From positions 96,001 to 160,000 of the forward strand of contig CAWBAN010000002.1 of the NCBI GenBank assembly GCA_963786935.1: a stretch of DNA of 64,000 nt, written 5' to 3'. A program made the position numbers and the translations under genes. Source of the DNA: an uncultured bacterium. Its GTDB lineage: Bacteria; Krumholzibacteriota; Krumholzibacteriia; Krumholzibacteriales; Krumholzibacteriaceae. The notes beneath the pieces are model-generated. The model was given only the letters and a program-made list of their open reading frames with translations. It was not told the DNA's origin and did not search any database. Positions 37,615 through 48,552 of this stretch are shown in pieces. Numbering within the stretch: position 1 is the stretch's first letter; each line of letters opens with the position of its first letter.

Positions 37615-40116
37615 GTGCTCCGCCGTTCGTTTTTCGGTCGTACGGCGGGCCAATTTATTATATTGGCTCTGGTTACGGCTCTATGTGCGACGGCGGCGGC
37701 CGGGGAGCGCGAGGACAATCTCAAGGGCAAATTCGACGCGGTCAAGCGAACCATCGTTCTCGACGGGAGCGCCATCACCGCCAGCGGCAACCTCCAGATG
37801 AACATCACGAACTTCGGTTTTTTGGGATCCCTGCCGAAATCCAGCTATCCGATGGCCGACGCCCCCTCGGCGCAGTGGCCCGCGGGGAGTGGCATCGAGT
37901 ATCTCTACGCCGCCGGCCTCTGGATCGGCGCCGAGGTCGACGGGGTGCCGTCGGTCTCGACCGGCTACCCGGAGACGGAGTTCTATCCGGGAGACGAGAC
38001 GATCGATAAAATCTACGAGGCGACCGACGGGACGAAGGGGGGGCGCACGTGGCCCGCGAACGCCGACGACGACGGCGACGGGAAGCTCGACGAGGACTGG
38101 CTCAACGGGCGCGACGACGACGGGGACGGCCGCATCGACGAGGATTTCGCCGCCATCGGGAAGCTCATGTACTCCTGCTGGTTCACGGACGACCAGAGCG
38201 TCGCGGAGGAGGTGTGGCCCGAGCACAATCCCCTCAGGGTGAAGGTGCGCCAGGAAACGTACCAGTGGAGCGAGGAGAGCAGCTATAATTCGGTCGGCGT
38301 GCGCTACATCGTCAAGAACCAGGGCTTCCGGTATCTGCAGAACGTTTACGTCGGGATCTACGCCGACCTCGACGCGGGGCCGCGGAATCTCCCGAGCTAT
38401 TTCAAGGACGACCTGATCGGCTCGTGGTCTGGCATCTGGTGCGCGCCCACCGGAGGCAACCTCGAGATGCCCGAGAAGATCAGCACGCTCTACGTGTACG
38501 ACAACGACGGGGACGGCGGAAGGACCAAGGGCTATTTCGGCGTCGTGCTTCTCGGCACCCGGATGCTCGTCGGACCCGATGAATGGGAAAACATGAACGA
38601 CAGCCCCGCCTCGATCCGCGTGTTCGCCGGCCTCCTGCCGTACGAGCGCGGCGGCGAGCCGATCAACGATTTCCAGCGTTACGAGCTCCTATCGAGCGGC
38701 GTCATTCAGCCGAACACGGAGACTCCGAACGACTACAAGGCGCTGATGAGCGTCGGGCCGTTTTTCCTCGGCCCGGGGCAGACGATCGAGCTGAACTTCG
38801 CGTACTCCGCCGGCGAGGGGCTCGATGAGTTTCTCGACAACGCCGCGTTCATGAAGCTCATCTACAACGGCATGTGGGTCAATAAGGACAAGAACAACAG
38901 CACGGGCATCGACGGCCGCGAATCGATCTTCATCGGCAGCGAGAACTCCGCGAAAGACGGAATCTATCCCGATCCCTGCTGGAGCACGGAGAAGGTCAAG
39001 GTCGCCGTCCGCGAAACCCTCTGGGTCAACGGGGACTGCTTCGAGGAGAAAGAGCTTTGGGAGCACCCGTTCTGCTACAAGGGATCCATGCTCCTGAGGG
39101 ATTTCAAAACGGGCATCAACGGCCGCGAAACGCGGATCCCGTGGATCACGAGCACGACCCCCCCGCCCCCCGGCATGCGGGCCGTGGTCGGTGACGGCGT
39201 CGTCGGTCTGATCTGGGACAATCTGAGCGAGATCACGCCCGACGCGATCACGCAGAAGATCGACTTCGAGGGCTACCAGGTGTGGCGGGCCGACGAATGG
39301 CACCGGCCGCTCGGGAGCACGGTGCTGAGCGGGCCGAGCGACGACCTGTGGCACCTGCTCGACAGCCGCGATCTCATGAACGACATCGAGCCGAACCTCG
39401 ATCTCAAGCAGCCGTGGGCCGACGGCGGATTCCAGTACGAGCCCCTCGCGCAGGTGGCGGATCGGGCGGAGCTCCTCAAAGCGTTCGAGGAAAATCTCAG
39501 GTACGATCCGCTCGGCTCGCCTCCCTGCCCTCCCGGCGTCACGGACGCGGAATGCGACACGCTGGAGGCGCTCGCGCGGTGGAACCTCGGCTTCGACGGC
39601 GGGCGGCAGTTCTACCGCTACATCGATCACGACGTGAAGAACGGCCTTCCCTATTTCTACGCCGTCATCGCGTACGAGCCGCTGTACTCCAACGGGTTGC
39701 CGAAGGGCATGGGGCGCGTGGATTCCCCGTACGCCAATTTCGTGTACGCGATGGCCCTGTCGGAGGCGCAGGAGGCGGAGAGCTTCGAGGAAACGAACGT
39801 CTTCGTCGTGCCGAATCCGGTGACGACGGAAACGATGGCGCCGTGGGCGTTCGAACCGAACAACGCCGATCCCTCGGGAGAGAAGGCCGAATTCCGGAAT
39901 CTCCCGAAGTGCCCGAGCACCGTTCGCATCTACACCGTTTCGGGGGATATCGTGCAGACCCTTCAGCACGACGGGAGCGCCGGAAACGGGACGCTCGCGT
40001 GGAACCTCGTCTCTCGAAACGGCCAGACGGTCACGAGCGGCGTCTATCTCTTCAGCGTCGATCCGGAGGACGGACGGTTTCCGAGGTTCGTCGGGAAGTT
40101 CGTGGTGATACGATGA
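37615..40116 (+). CDS. Large secreted protein A2 (Ca-binding DDDGDG loops, Fn3-like domain, T9SS/FlgD-like CTD)
   Basis: Intact signal peptide; NFGFLGS, SAQWPAGSGIEYLYAAGLWIGA, DFEGYQVWR; C-terminal VVPNP...VRIYTVSGDIVQTL...WNLVSRNGQTVTSGVYLF...KFVVIR. Confidence 0.82.
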   Translation: MLRRSFFGRTAGQFIILALVTALCATAAAGEREDNLKGKFDAVKRTIVLDGSAITASGNLQMNITNFGFLGSLPKSSYPMADAPSAQWPAGSGIEYLYAAGLWIGAEVDGVPSVSTGYPETEFYPGDETIDKIYEATDGTKGGRTWPANADDDGDGKLDEDWLNGRDDDGDGRIDEDFAAIGKLMYSCWFTDDQSVAEEVWPEHNPLRVKVRQETYQWSEESSYNSVGVRYIVKNQGFRYLQNVYVGIYADLDAGPRNLPSYFKDDLIGSWSGIWCAPTGGNLEMPEKISTLYVYDNDGDGGRTKGYFGVVLLGTRMLVGPDEWENMNDSPASIRVFAGLLPYERGGEPINDFQRYELLSSGVIQPNTETPNDYKALMSVGPFFLGPGQTIELNFAYSAGEGLDEFLDNAAFMKLIYNGMWVNKDKNNSTGIDGRESIFIGSENSAKDGIYPDPCWSTEKVKVAVRETLWVNGDCFEEKELWEHPFCYKGSMLLRDFKTGINGRETRIPWITSTTPPPPGMRAVVGDGVVGLIWDNLSEITPDAITQKIDFEGYQVWRADEWHRPLGSTVLSGPSDDLWHLLDSRDLMNDIEPNLDLKQPWADGGFQYEPLAQVADRAELLKAFEENLRYDPLGSPPCPPGVTDAECDTLEALARWNLGFDGGRQFYRYIDHDVKNGLPYFYAVIAYEPLYSNGLPKGMGRVDSPYANFVYAMALSEAQEAESFEETNVFVVPNPVTTETMAPWAFEPNNADPSGEKAEFRNLPKCPSTVRIYTVSGDIVQTLQHDGSAGNGTLAWNLVSRNGQTVTSGVYLFSVDPEDGRFPRFVGKFVVIR

Positions 40117-42344
40117 TGCGTCGGCGCGGATATCAGGCGATCGCCGCGGCTGCGTGCGCGCTCGCGCTCGCGCTGCTCTTCGGCTGCGACGAGAGCGCCT
40201 TCATCGGCGATCCCGCGACGAACGAGCCGCCGACGGTGCGGCTGACGGGCGGGCCCCCGAACGGCGACACGACGAGCTACCAGATCAAGTTCAGCTGGAT
40301 GGGCAACGATCGCGACGGCGCCGTGAAGTACTACGAGTACGCGATGTGCGACGGGAGCCCGGGAGGCTTCGACCCCGCCGATACGACGGGGCTCGCCGCA
40401 TGGACGAAGATCCGCTGCACCGACAGCGTCTTCGCGTTCTCGGCCTTCGAGCCGGGGGAGACGGTGCCCGTCGGCTCCACCAAGATCACGTCGTTCTGCC
40501 GGCGGGTGCACACGTTCTTCATCAGGGCGGTGGACGACAAGGGCGTGCGATCGGCGCCCGCCTACCGCTCGTTCACCGCGAGCACGCTCTCTCCCTACGC
40601 GGTGATCGAGACGCCGCGGAACGCGTTCCCGGGACGGGAGCAGCAGCTTCCGTCGCTCGTCAAGTTCACGTGGAAGGGAGAAGATCCGATCGACGATCCG
40701 TGGAACGTGCAGGAGCCGGAATCGATACGCTATTTTCTCGCCCCCTACAGCCTGAACATCATCGACAACATGAACGCCCATCCGGGGGATTTCGAGTACA
40801 GATGGTGCCCCTGGATCCCGTACCACGCGCCGGAAGATTCCGGAACCACGACGATCATCGGCGACGACGAGATCGTCGTGAAGGGATTCGGATACGTATT
40901 CGCCGTGCAGGCCAAGGACGAGGCGGGCGCGGTGACGTCCGTGTTCAGCTCGAGCCAGAACGTGAGGATCTTCAGGGTGTTCGCCCCGCCGGGGCCGCTC
41001 CTGAGGGTCAAGGAGCAGAACCTCGGAACGTACACGTTCATCGGCGGCAACACCAAGATCGAGACCTTCCGCGTCCCCGGAGGCTTTGCGCTCGATTTCA
41101 GCTGGTCCGCCGACGCCTCGAGCTACGGGGCCGTCATAAGCTCGTACCGGTACGGATGGGACATCTCGGATCTGAACGACGAGAGCGAGTGGGACGTGTT
41201 CCCGTCGCCGCTCGTCAAGCAGGCACCGATCATATCGTTCCGCACCGGCGTCCACACGCTCTACATCGAGGCGACGGACAACATGGGGACGACGACGCTC
41301 GCCCAGTTCGAGGTCACGATCTTCCCGATGAAAATGACGAAGAACCTCCTCTGGGTCGACGATTTCTACTCGACCGATTTCGCGCAGAAGACGTACGCCT
41401 TCCCGACCGAAACGGAGCATGACCAGTTCTGGGTCAGCCTCTGCAACCGGGCGAGGGATTTCGACCAGAACGCCGATATTTACGACACGGCGGACATGAG
41501 CTTCCGCCAGCCGGATATCGAAGTGCTTTGGAAATACAGGAACATCATCTGGAGCTACTCGGCGAGCGACGACGTCATGGCGTGGGACGACATGGTGCGG
41601 TTCACGCCCGAGTCGCAGGTCAACCAGTCGACGAGGCCGAAATTCAACTACCTCGCCTACTACGCGGCGGCGGGGGGGCACATCTGGACGGAGGGAAAGT
41701 CGGATTCGCGCGGCGGCTTCGGCGCGGTGCTCTCCATCACGAACCAATCGTTCCCGCGGAATCTCCGGTGCGAGATCGCCGGGACCAGCACGGGGTGCGC
41801 CGGGGACACGAGCGGCGTCAACAGCATCGCGTACAAGACGTTTTGCGTCACCGTGGTGGACAAGGTGAAGCCGGCGCCGCGCCTCGATCCGCGAATGCCC
41901 GATCGCCGGATCGATTACGACGCCATGTCGTACGGCTTCAAGGATACCCGCGAGCCGCTCACCGTGGGGCATCCGGATCTTCCGCCTCGGCTCAACCTCT
42001 GGAGCCAGGTCACGAAGCCCGGGATGTTCTTCGATCCGCAGGTGCAGGGATTCACCTATGTCGAGGTGTACAATCCGACGTACTGGATGAGAATCATCGG
42101 CGTTTCGCGGCAGGAGTGCTTCATCCCGATGTACCGGATGCGGGCGCGAAGCACGTACTCGGTCGTGAACGGGGACGTCGTCGCGTTCTGGACGACGAGA
42201 TACGCGAGCGTCGTCGCGGACGCCGAGGGGGCGGTCGACGCCCCGAGCGTCCACTTCGGGCTCCCGCTCTGGTTCTTCAACCGCGCGCAGGTCGACTCGA
42301 TCGCCGACGCGGTGTTCCGCGAGTGGGACATCAATAAATATTAA
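40113..42344 (+). CDS. Large lipoprotein B2
   Basis: ATGA overlap with A2, lipobox LFGC; colinear with B1 (LLWVDDFYSTDF, FPTETEHDQFW, PSVHFGLPLWFFNRAQVDSIAD). Confidence 0.82.
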   Translation: MMRRRGYQAIAAAACALALALLFGCDESAFIGDPATNEPPTVRLTGGPPNGDTTSYQIKFSWMGNDRDGAVKYYEYAMCDGSPGGFDPADTTGLAAWTKIRCTDSVFAFSAFEPGETVPVGSTKITSFCRRVHTFFIRAVDDKGVRSAPAYRSFTASTLSPYAVIETPRNAFPGREQQLPSLVKFTWKGEDPIDDPWNVQEPESIRYFLAPYSLNIIDNMNAHPGDFEYRWCPWIPYHAPEDSGTTTIIGDDEIVVKGFGYVFAVQAKDEAGAVTSVFSSSQNVRIFRVFAPPGPLLRVKEQNLGTYTFIGGNTKIETFRVPGGFALDFSWSADASSYGAVISSYRYGWDISDLNDESEWDVFPSPLVKQAPIISFRTGVHTLYIEATDNMGTTTLAQFEVTIFPMKMTKNLLWVDDFYSTDFAQKTYAFPTETEHDQFWVSLCNRARDFDQNADIYDTADMSFRQPDIEVLWKYRNIIWSYSASDDVMAWDDMVRFTPESQVNQSTRPKFNYLAYYAAAGGHIWTEGKSDSRGGFGAVLSITNQSFPRNLRCEIAGTSTGCAGDTSGVNSIAYKTFCVTVVDKVKPAPRLDPRMPDRRIDYDAMSYGFKDTREPLTVGHPDLPPRLNLWSQVTKPGMFFDPQVQGFTYVEVYNPTYWMRIIGVSRQECFIPMYRMRARSTYSVVNGDVVAFWTTRYASVVADAEGAVDAPSVHFGLPLWFFNRAQVDSIADAVFREWDINKY

Positions 42345-43117
42345 GGCATCGGAGTGTAGGCGGCGGGATCCTGCATGTAGAAGCGGGAGAGCTGGTCGTA
42401 GAGCTCCGGGTGCCCGGCCTTGAGGTCGCCCGGGAGCTCGAAGAAAGTCTCGGTTGCGACGGCGAAGAACTCGGCCGGGCTTTCGGCGCCGTACTCGTCG
42501 AGGAGCGGCCGGCGGTGGCGCTCGACGTCCTCGCAGAGCGCGTCGTACTCGGCGCCGAGCACGCGCGACCATTCCGGATACATCGATTTCTCGGGAAGCG
42601 CCGGCGCCCCGTCCGCGATCCCCGATTCGTCGTCGAGCTGATGCGCGAACTCGTGGAACACGACGTTGTACCCGTCGTACGGATCGGCGGCGCTCTCGAG
42701 AACGTCCTCCCACGAGAGAATGAGCGCGCCGGTGTCCCATGATTCCCCGTCGCGTTCCTCGAAATCCTCGATCACCACGCCTCCCGGCGCGTGCTCCTTC
42801 AGCGGGGCGACGAACGTCGTCGGATACACGAGAATAGAATGCAGGATCGGGTAAAAATCGGTCTTCCGGTGGAGGAGGAGCAGGCACGCGTGAGCGGCGA
42901 TCGTGAGCCGCATCTCGTCGGTGATCTCGAGCCCCTCGCATCCCTCGAACTTCTTCTCGGCGAGGAAGACCTGCACGAGGCCGAGGAGCTCCTCGCGGTC
43001 CGCCGGCGGGAGGAATCCGTAGTACGGCACGTTCCGCTCGACGATCGCGAGGCGCTCGGTGGGGAGGGGAGTTTTCATGAGGCGCGCGCGGCGCCGTTTC
43101 TTCGTTTCGAAGAACAT
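42341..43117 (-). CDS. Zinc-dependent peptidase MtfA family (M90)
   Basis: ILVYP, NVVFHEFAHQLD (HEXXH), YGAESPAEFFAVATETFFE. Confidence 0.9.
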   Translation of the reverse strand: MFFETKKRRRARLMKTPLPTERLAIVERNVPYYGFLPPADREELLGLVQVFLAEKKFEGCEGLEITDEMRLTIAAHACLLLLHRKTDFYPILHSILVYPTTFVAPLKEHAPGGVVIEDFEERDGESWDTGALILSWEDVLESAADPYDGYNVVFHEFAHQLDDESGIADGAPALPEKSMYPEWSRVLGAEYDALCEDVERHRRPLLDEYGAESPAEFFAVATETFFELPGDLKAGHPELYDQLSRFYMQDPAAYTPMP

Positions 43118-43198
43118 AGTGGCGGCATTGTAGCCCAAAGCAGTTCTTTGTGATAATATATTTTTATCCGGAGCACGCAAACGGGAGAGAGGTCCTTC

Positions 43199-44234
43199 GT
43201 GCGCGTCGCATTGTGGCTTTCATGCGTCATCCTGCCGTTTCTCGCGCCCGCCGCCGGGGCGACGACGCTCATGGTGCCCGGCGGGTACGCGACGATTCAA
43301 GCCGCCGTCGATGCAGGCCGAGAACGGCGATACGATCCTCGTCGCGCCGGGGACGTACGCCGGCGGCGTTCTCTTCGACACCAAAGGCAACGTTCACCTG
43401 ATGAGCGGCGGCGGACGGGGGGCGACGACGATCGGCGGGGACGTCGATCTCGCGAGCTCGAGCAAGATCGTCGTCGGCGGTTTCACGATCGTCGGGCAGG
43501 TGAGCATCTCCTGCAACACGGGAACCGTCCTCAGGGACTGCATCATCGCGAATCCGGACGGGAGCGGCATCGTCATCGCCGGCTGTCCCGGCGGCGCCTA
43601 TTCGGATGTCCGCGTGGAAGGCAATATCATTCGCGCCAATGCCGGGCACGGCGTGGTGGCGGAGCTGAGCGGCGGAAAGGCCGAGATCGCGCTCAACGAG
43701 ATCCGCGATAACGGCGGCTCGGGCGTTTCAATCACGCACTCGTACAGCGAGATTGCCGGCAATGTGATCCATGACAACGCCGGTAGCGGCATCGAGATCG
43801 TCGAGGGGACCTCGTCGATGCATGGAAACACGATCGCCGGGAACGCCGGCGCCGGAATCCGCGTCGCCTCGGGGGGCAAGCCGTTGACGCAGACGATCAC
43901 CGCCGATATCGCGACGCTCAACGGGACCGCTGGGATCTTCGGGGACGCGGGAGGCATATACAATATCTCCTGCTGCGACGCATGGAGCAACGGGCCGGCC
44001 GGCGATCAGAATTACGCCGGCGCGATCGCGGACCAAACGGAAGTGGCCGGCAATATATCCGCGAATCCGCTCTTCTGCGGCCCCGCCCTGAACAATTTCT
44101 CTCTCATGGAAGGATCGCCTGCGCTCGTGCAGAGCTGCGGCGCGATGGGCGCCCGGCCGGCGCCGGGTTGCGCGGCGCCCGACGCCGCCCGGAAGACGCC
44201 GTGGAGCGAACTCAAGTCCATCTACAAGAAATGA
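43199..44234 (+). CDS. Secreted right-handed beta-helix protein with C-terminal W-x-x-L-K-x-I-Y tag; single apparent frameshift at ~43316
   Basis: Signal peptide plus VPGGYATIQAAVDA in one frame, ENGDTILVAPGTY in the next; removing one G joins the canonical motif. Also GNISANPLFC...SPAL and terminal KTPWSELKSIYKK. Confidence 0.78.
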
Positions 44235-44300
44235 GGCGCGCGGGGATCGCGCGTCGGATGAGCTGCCCGGGCTTCGTGCCCGGCGCGCTATCTTGGAACT

Positions 44301-44329
44301 TTGCCATGAAATAGCGAGTTAGCTATGTT
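44301..44329 (+). promoter_or_regulatory. Putative sigma70 promoter of the moxR operon
   Basis: TTGCCA-N17-TATGTT, followed by near-palindrome GTGCGCGCATGCGTGCGCAC (44336-44355). Confidence 0.5.
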
Positions 44330-44386
44330 ACTATGGTGCGCGCATGCGTGCGCACTGTTAGCGGGTGACGCTGCTGGGGCCCCCGC

Positions 44387-44467
44387 GCGGGGCGCAGCGA
44401 CGGCGAGCACGCGCGGGGTGCAAGCAGCGGCAGGACCCGCGTGCGGGGGGCAGGACCCGCGTATCGG
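44387..44467. repeat. GC-rich ~28-bp REP-like repeat array (copy 1)
   Basis: GCGGGGTGCAAGCAGCGGCAGGACCCGC at 44413-44440 with degenerate or truncated neighbours, ending CAGGACCCGCGTATCGG. Confidence 0.7.
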
Positions 44468-44482
44468 CGAAAGGGAGGATCG

Positions 44483-45466
<984 letters not shown>

Positions 45467-45475
45467 AAATCTGAA

Positions 45476-46384
45476 ATGTCGCCCAGAGAAACGAACATCG
45501 CGGAGTTCCTCAAGCCCGAAGTCGTGAGCCGTCTCGCCAACATGGACCTCCGGGCGCGGCTCATCGTCGAGGGCTTCATCGCGGGCCTCCACCGGAGCCC
45601 CTACCACGGCTTCTCGGTCGAATTCGCCGAATACCGCCAGTACAACGCGGGGGAGTCGTCGCGGAACGTCGACTGGAAGATCTACGGGAAGACGGACCGC
45701 TATTACGTGAAGGTCTTCGAGGACGAGACGAACCTGCGGGCGACGCTCCTCCTCGACCGGAGCGCGTCGATGGACTTCACCGGGGGCGCGGCGGTGACGA
45801 AGCTGCGGTACGCCACGCTGCTGGCGGCCGCGCTCGGCTACCTCATGATCATGCAGCGCGACGCCGTCGGGCTCGCCGTGTTCGACGAGACGATCAACAC
45901 GCTCGTGCCGCACCGCTCCGTGCGGCGGCACCTGCTCCACCTCCTCGCGACGCTCGAAGCGGTCGAGCCCGGCGCGAAAACGAGAATCGCCTCGCCGCTC
46001 CGCGAGATGGCCGAGCGGATCAAGCGCCGCGGGCTCGTCGTGCTCTTCTCCGATCTCTTCGACGACCCCGGCGAGGTCGTCGCGGGGCTCAAGGCGTTCC
46101 GGCACCGCGGGCACGAGGTCGTCGTGTTTCACATCCTCGACGAGAAGGAGATTTCGCTCGACTACGGCGGCGAGGTGCGGTTCGTCGACAAGGAGACGGG
46201 GGAGAAGCTCCGGACGCAGCCGTGGTTCCTCAAGAAGGAGTACCGGCGGAGCGTGCGCGAATGGATCTCGCGCCTCGAGCGCGAGTGCAAGGAAGACGCG
46301 ATCGATTACAACCTCGTGACCACCGATACCCCGTTCGATCAGGCGCTCGTGCGGTATCTCAACAAGCGGCGGCGGCTGCGATGA
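45476..46384 (+). CDS. DUF58 domain protein (vWA-like MoxR partner)
   Basis: GLHRSPYHGFSVEFAEYRQY, VDWK, LLLDRSASM, FSDLF. Confidence 0.93.
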   Translation: MSPRETNIAEFLKPEVVSRLANMDLRARLIVEGFIAGLHRSPYHGFSVEFAEYRQYNAGESSRNVDWKIYGKTDRYYVKVFEDETNLRATLLLDRSASMDFTGGAAVTKLRYATLLAAALGYLMIMQRDAVGLAVFDETINTLVPHRSVRRHLLHLLATLEAVEPGAKTRIASPLREMAERIKRRGLVVLFSDLFDDPGEVVAGLKAFRHRGHEVVVFHILDEKEISLDYGGEVRFVDKETGEKLRTQPWFLKKEYRRSVREWISRLERECKEDAIDYNLVTTDTPFDQALVRYLNKRRRLR

Positions 46385-46433
46385 ATCCGCCGGCCGGCCT
46401 CGCGGCGCACGGCGCGGGGCTGAAGGCATTGAC

Positions 46434-48545
46434 ATGAATTTCCTCAATCCGCTCTACCTGTTCGCGCTGGCCGCCGTGGCGGTCCCGATTCTCATTCACA
46501 TCTTCAGCCGGAGGCGCGTGCCCGAGGTCCCCTTCAGCACGATCCGCTTCCTCAATCCGTCCGACCGGCGCAGCATGATGCGGATCAACCTGCGCCGTAT
46601 GCTCCTTCTCATGATGAGGATCGCCGCGATCGCGCTCGTGGCGCTCGCCTTCGCGCGCCCCGTCGTGCGCGGCTCCCTCGCCGCGCTTTTCCCGGCGGGA
46701 GGCTCGCGCGCCGCGTGCGTGCTCCTCGACCGGAGCTACAGTATGGGGACGGAGGGGGACGGCGGCGCGCTTTTCGACCGCGGCATGGCGCGGCTCGCCG
46801 CGATCCTCGACAATCTCGAGAGCGGCGACGCGGTCTCGGTCGTTCTCTTCGACGCGTCGGCGGCCCTTGTCTACGACGGCGAGCTGGACCGCGAGGCGGT
46901 CCTCGAGGCGCTGCGGGACGCGCGGCCGTCGTGGGGAGGGACCGACCTCAAGAGCGCGTCGGCGTTCGGAGAGCGGATCCTCGCGCGAAGCCGGCGCGAG
47001 GCGCGGGAGCTTTACATCATTTCCGATTTTCAAAAGACGGCGCTCGGGCGTCGCGGCGCGGGATCCCGGGCGATCGATGCGGAATCGACGGGGGCGGCCG
47101 CGCCTGAATCGACGCGAACCGCGGGAGCGTCCCCGAGCGAGCGCCGGCGCGCGCTTCCGGTGCGCGCGTTTCTCCTGCCGGTGCAGGCGAACGCGGCGGC
47201 GAACGTCGCGGTCGAGAGCGTCGTCGCGCCGGGCGTGGCGCTTCACAAGGGGGAGACGGCGGAGCTCGGGATAACGCTCCGGAACCGGTCGCGCGAACTT
47301 CCCGCGAAATTCCCGCTCGAGGTCTCGATCGCGGGGCGCCGCGTGCTCGAGAAGGAGATAGAAATCCCGCCGGACAACTATTATACGGAGAAGGTCGTGT
47401 TTCCCGCCGAGCGCTCGGGATGGATCGACGGCGTCGTGAAAAAACGTCCGGACCGCCTGAGCGCCGACGACGCGAGATACTTCGCGCTGAACGTCCGCGA
47501 CAAGACGCGCGTCCTGCTCCTCGCCGACGACGGGGGTTTCTATCTCGAGCAGGCGCTCGTCCCCGGCGGAATCGAGGGGGACCTCGCCGTCGCGAAGCGC
47601 GCGTGGCGCGCCTTCACGAGCGCCGATCTGGGCGCCGCCGACGCCGTCGTGCTCGGGCCCGGGCGCGGGCCCTCGCCGGGGGACGTCGAGATCATCGGCC
47701 GTTTCGTCGAGCGCGGCGGAAAAGCGATCGTGTTTCTCGTGCCGGAGCTCGAATCGTCGGCCAAGCGGCTCAGCGGATACCCGCTCGCGATCGAATTCGC
47801 CGAGATGCCGCAGGGATTCTTCCGGCTCGCGAAGCCGGCAGCGCCGCCCGCCTTTCTCGCGCCGTTCGACGAGCGGGATCTCGAGGCGCTCGTGCGGCTG
47901 CGATTCAGGAGCGCCGCGCTCGTGCGCGGCGTCCCTCCCACGGAGGCGCGGCTCTCGTTCGAGGGGCGGGGCCCCTTCGTGTGGGAGGAGCGTCGCGGCG
48001 AGGGCACGGTCGTGTTCGCCGCGGCCGATCCGAGGCCGGAAGCGGGGGAGCTCGTGCTCTCGCCGTTCTTCCTCCCCCTCGTGCAGCAGCTCGTGCTCGC
48101 GACGGGACGCGACATGCCCGCGAGGCAGGGGAGCCTCGTCGGCGAGCCGATCGTGTGGACCGGCGAGACGGACGGCGAGGTGACGTGCCTCCTTCCGGAC
48201 GGCACGACGATCAGGCCCGCCGGCGCGCCCGGGGGCATTCTCATTCCTTCGGTCGAGACGCCGGGCATCGTCACCGTCCTCGCCGGCGGCGAGCCGCAGG
48301 GGAAGATCGCGGTGAATCCGGACTGCCGGTACGAATCGGATCTCGAGTATCTCGAGCCGCGCGCCGCGGCCGATTCTCTCGGCCTCGAGCACCGGCTCGT
48401 CGTCGAGGAGGGCCGCGCGCTCGCGCCCGCGGTGCACGCGGCGCGGAGCGGCAGGGAGATCACCGTGCCGTTGCTCCTCGCCGCGATGGCGCTGCTCGTC
48501 GCGGAGCTGTTCGTCGCCCAGCGCGAGCGGGGGGACGGCGCGTAG
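46434..48545 (+). CDS. BatA domain / vWA domain membrane protein
   Basis: MNFLNPLYLFALAAVAVPILIH BatA N-terminus, LAFARP, LLDRSYSM MIDAS, C-terminal TM LLVAE. Confidence 0.88.
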   Translation: MNFLNPLYLFALAAVAVPILIHIFSRRRVPEVPFSTIRFLNPSDRRSMMRINLRRMLLLMMRIAAIALVALAFARPVVRGSLAALFPAGGSRAACVLLDRSYSMGTEGDGGALFDRGMARLAAILDNLESGDAVSVVLFDASAALVYDGELDREAVLEALRDARPSWGGTDLKSASAFGERILARSRREARELYIISDFQKTALGRRGAGSRAIDAESTGAAAPESTRTAGASPSERRRALPVRAFLLPVQANAAANVAVESVVAPGVALHKGETAELGITLRNRSRELPAKFPLEVSIAGRRVLEKEIEIPPDNYYTEKVVFPAERSGWIDGVVKKRPDRLSADDARYFALNVRDKTRVLLLADDGGFYLEQALVPGGIEGDLAVAKRAWRAFTSADLGAADAVVLGPGRGPSPGDVEIIGRFVERGGKAIVFLVPELESSAKRLSGYPLAIEFAEMPQGFFRLAKPAAPPAFLAPFDERDLEALVRLRFRSAALVRGVPPTEARLSFEGRGPFVWEERRGEGTVVFAAADPRPEAGELVLSPFFLPLVQQLVLATGRDMPARQGSLVGEPIVWTGETDGEVTCLLPDGTTIRPAGAPGGILIPSVETPGIVTVLAGGEPQGKIAVNPDCRYESDLEYLEPRAAADSLGLEHRLVVEEGRALAPAVHAARSGREITVPLLLAAMALLVAELFVAQRERGDGA

Positions 48546-48552
48546 CGGGGGT

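Noticed and set aside
44387..44467. 28-bp repeats as a CRISPR array
   Set aside because: Units are directly adjacent with no unique spacers, there are few degenerate copies, and no cas genes are in the window.
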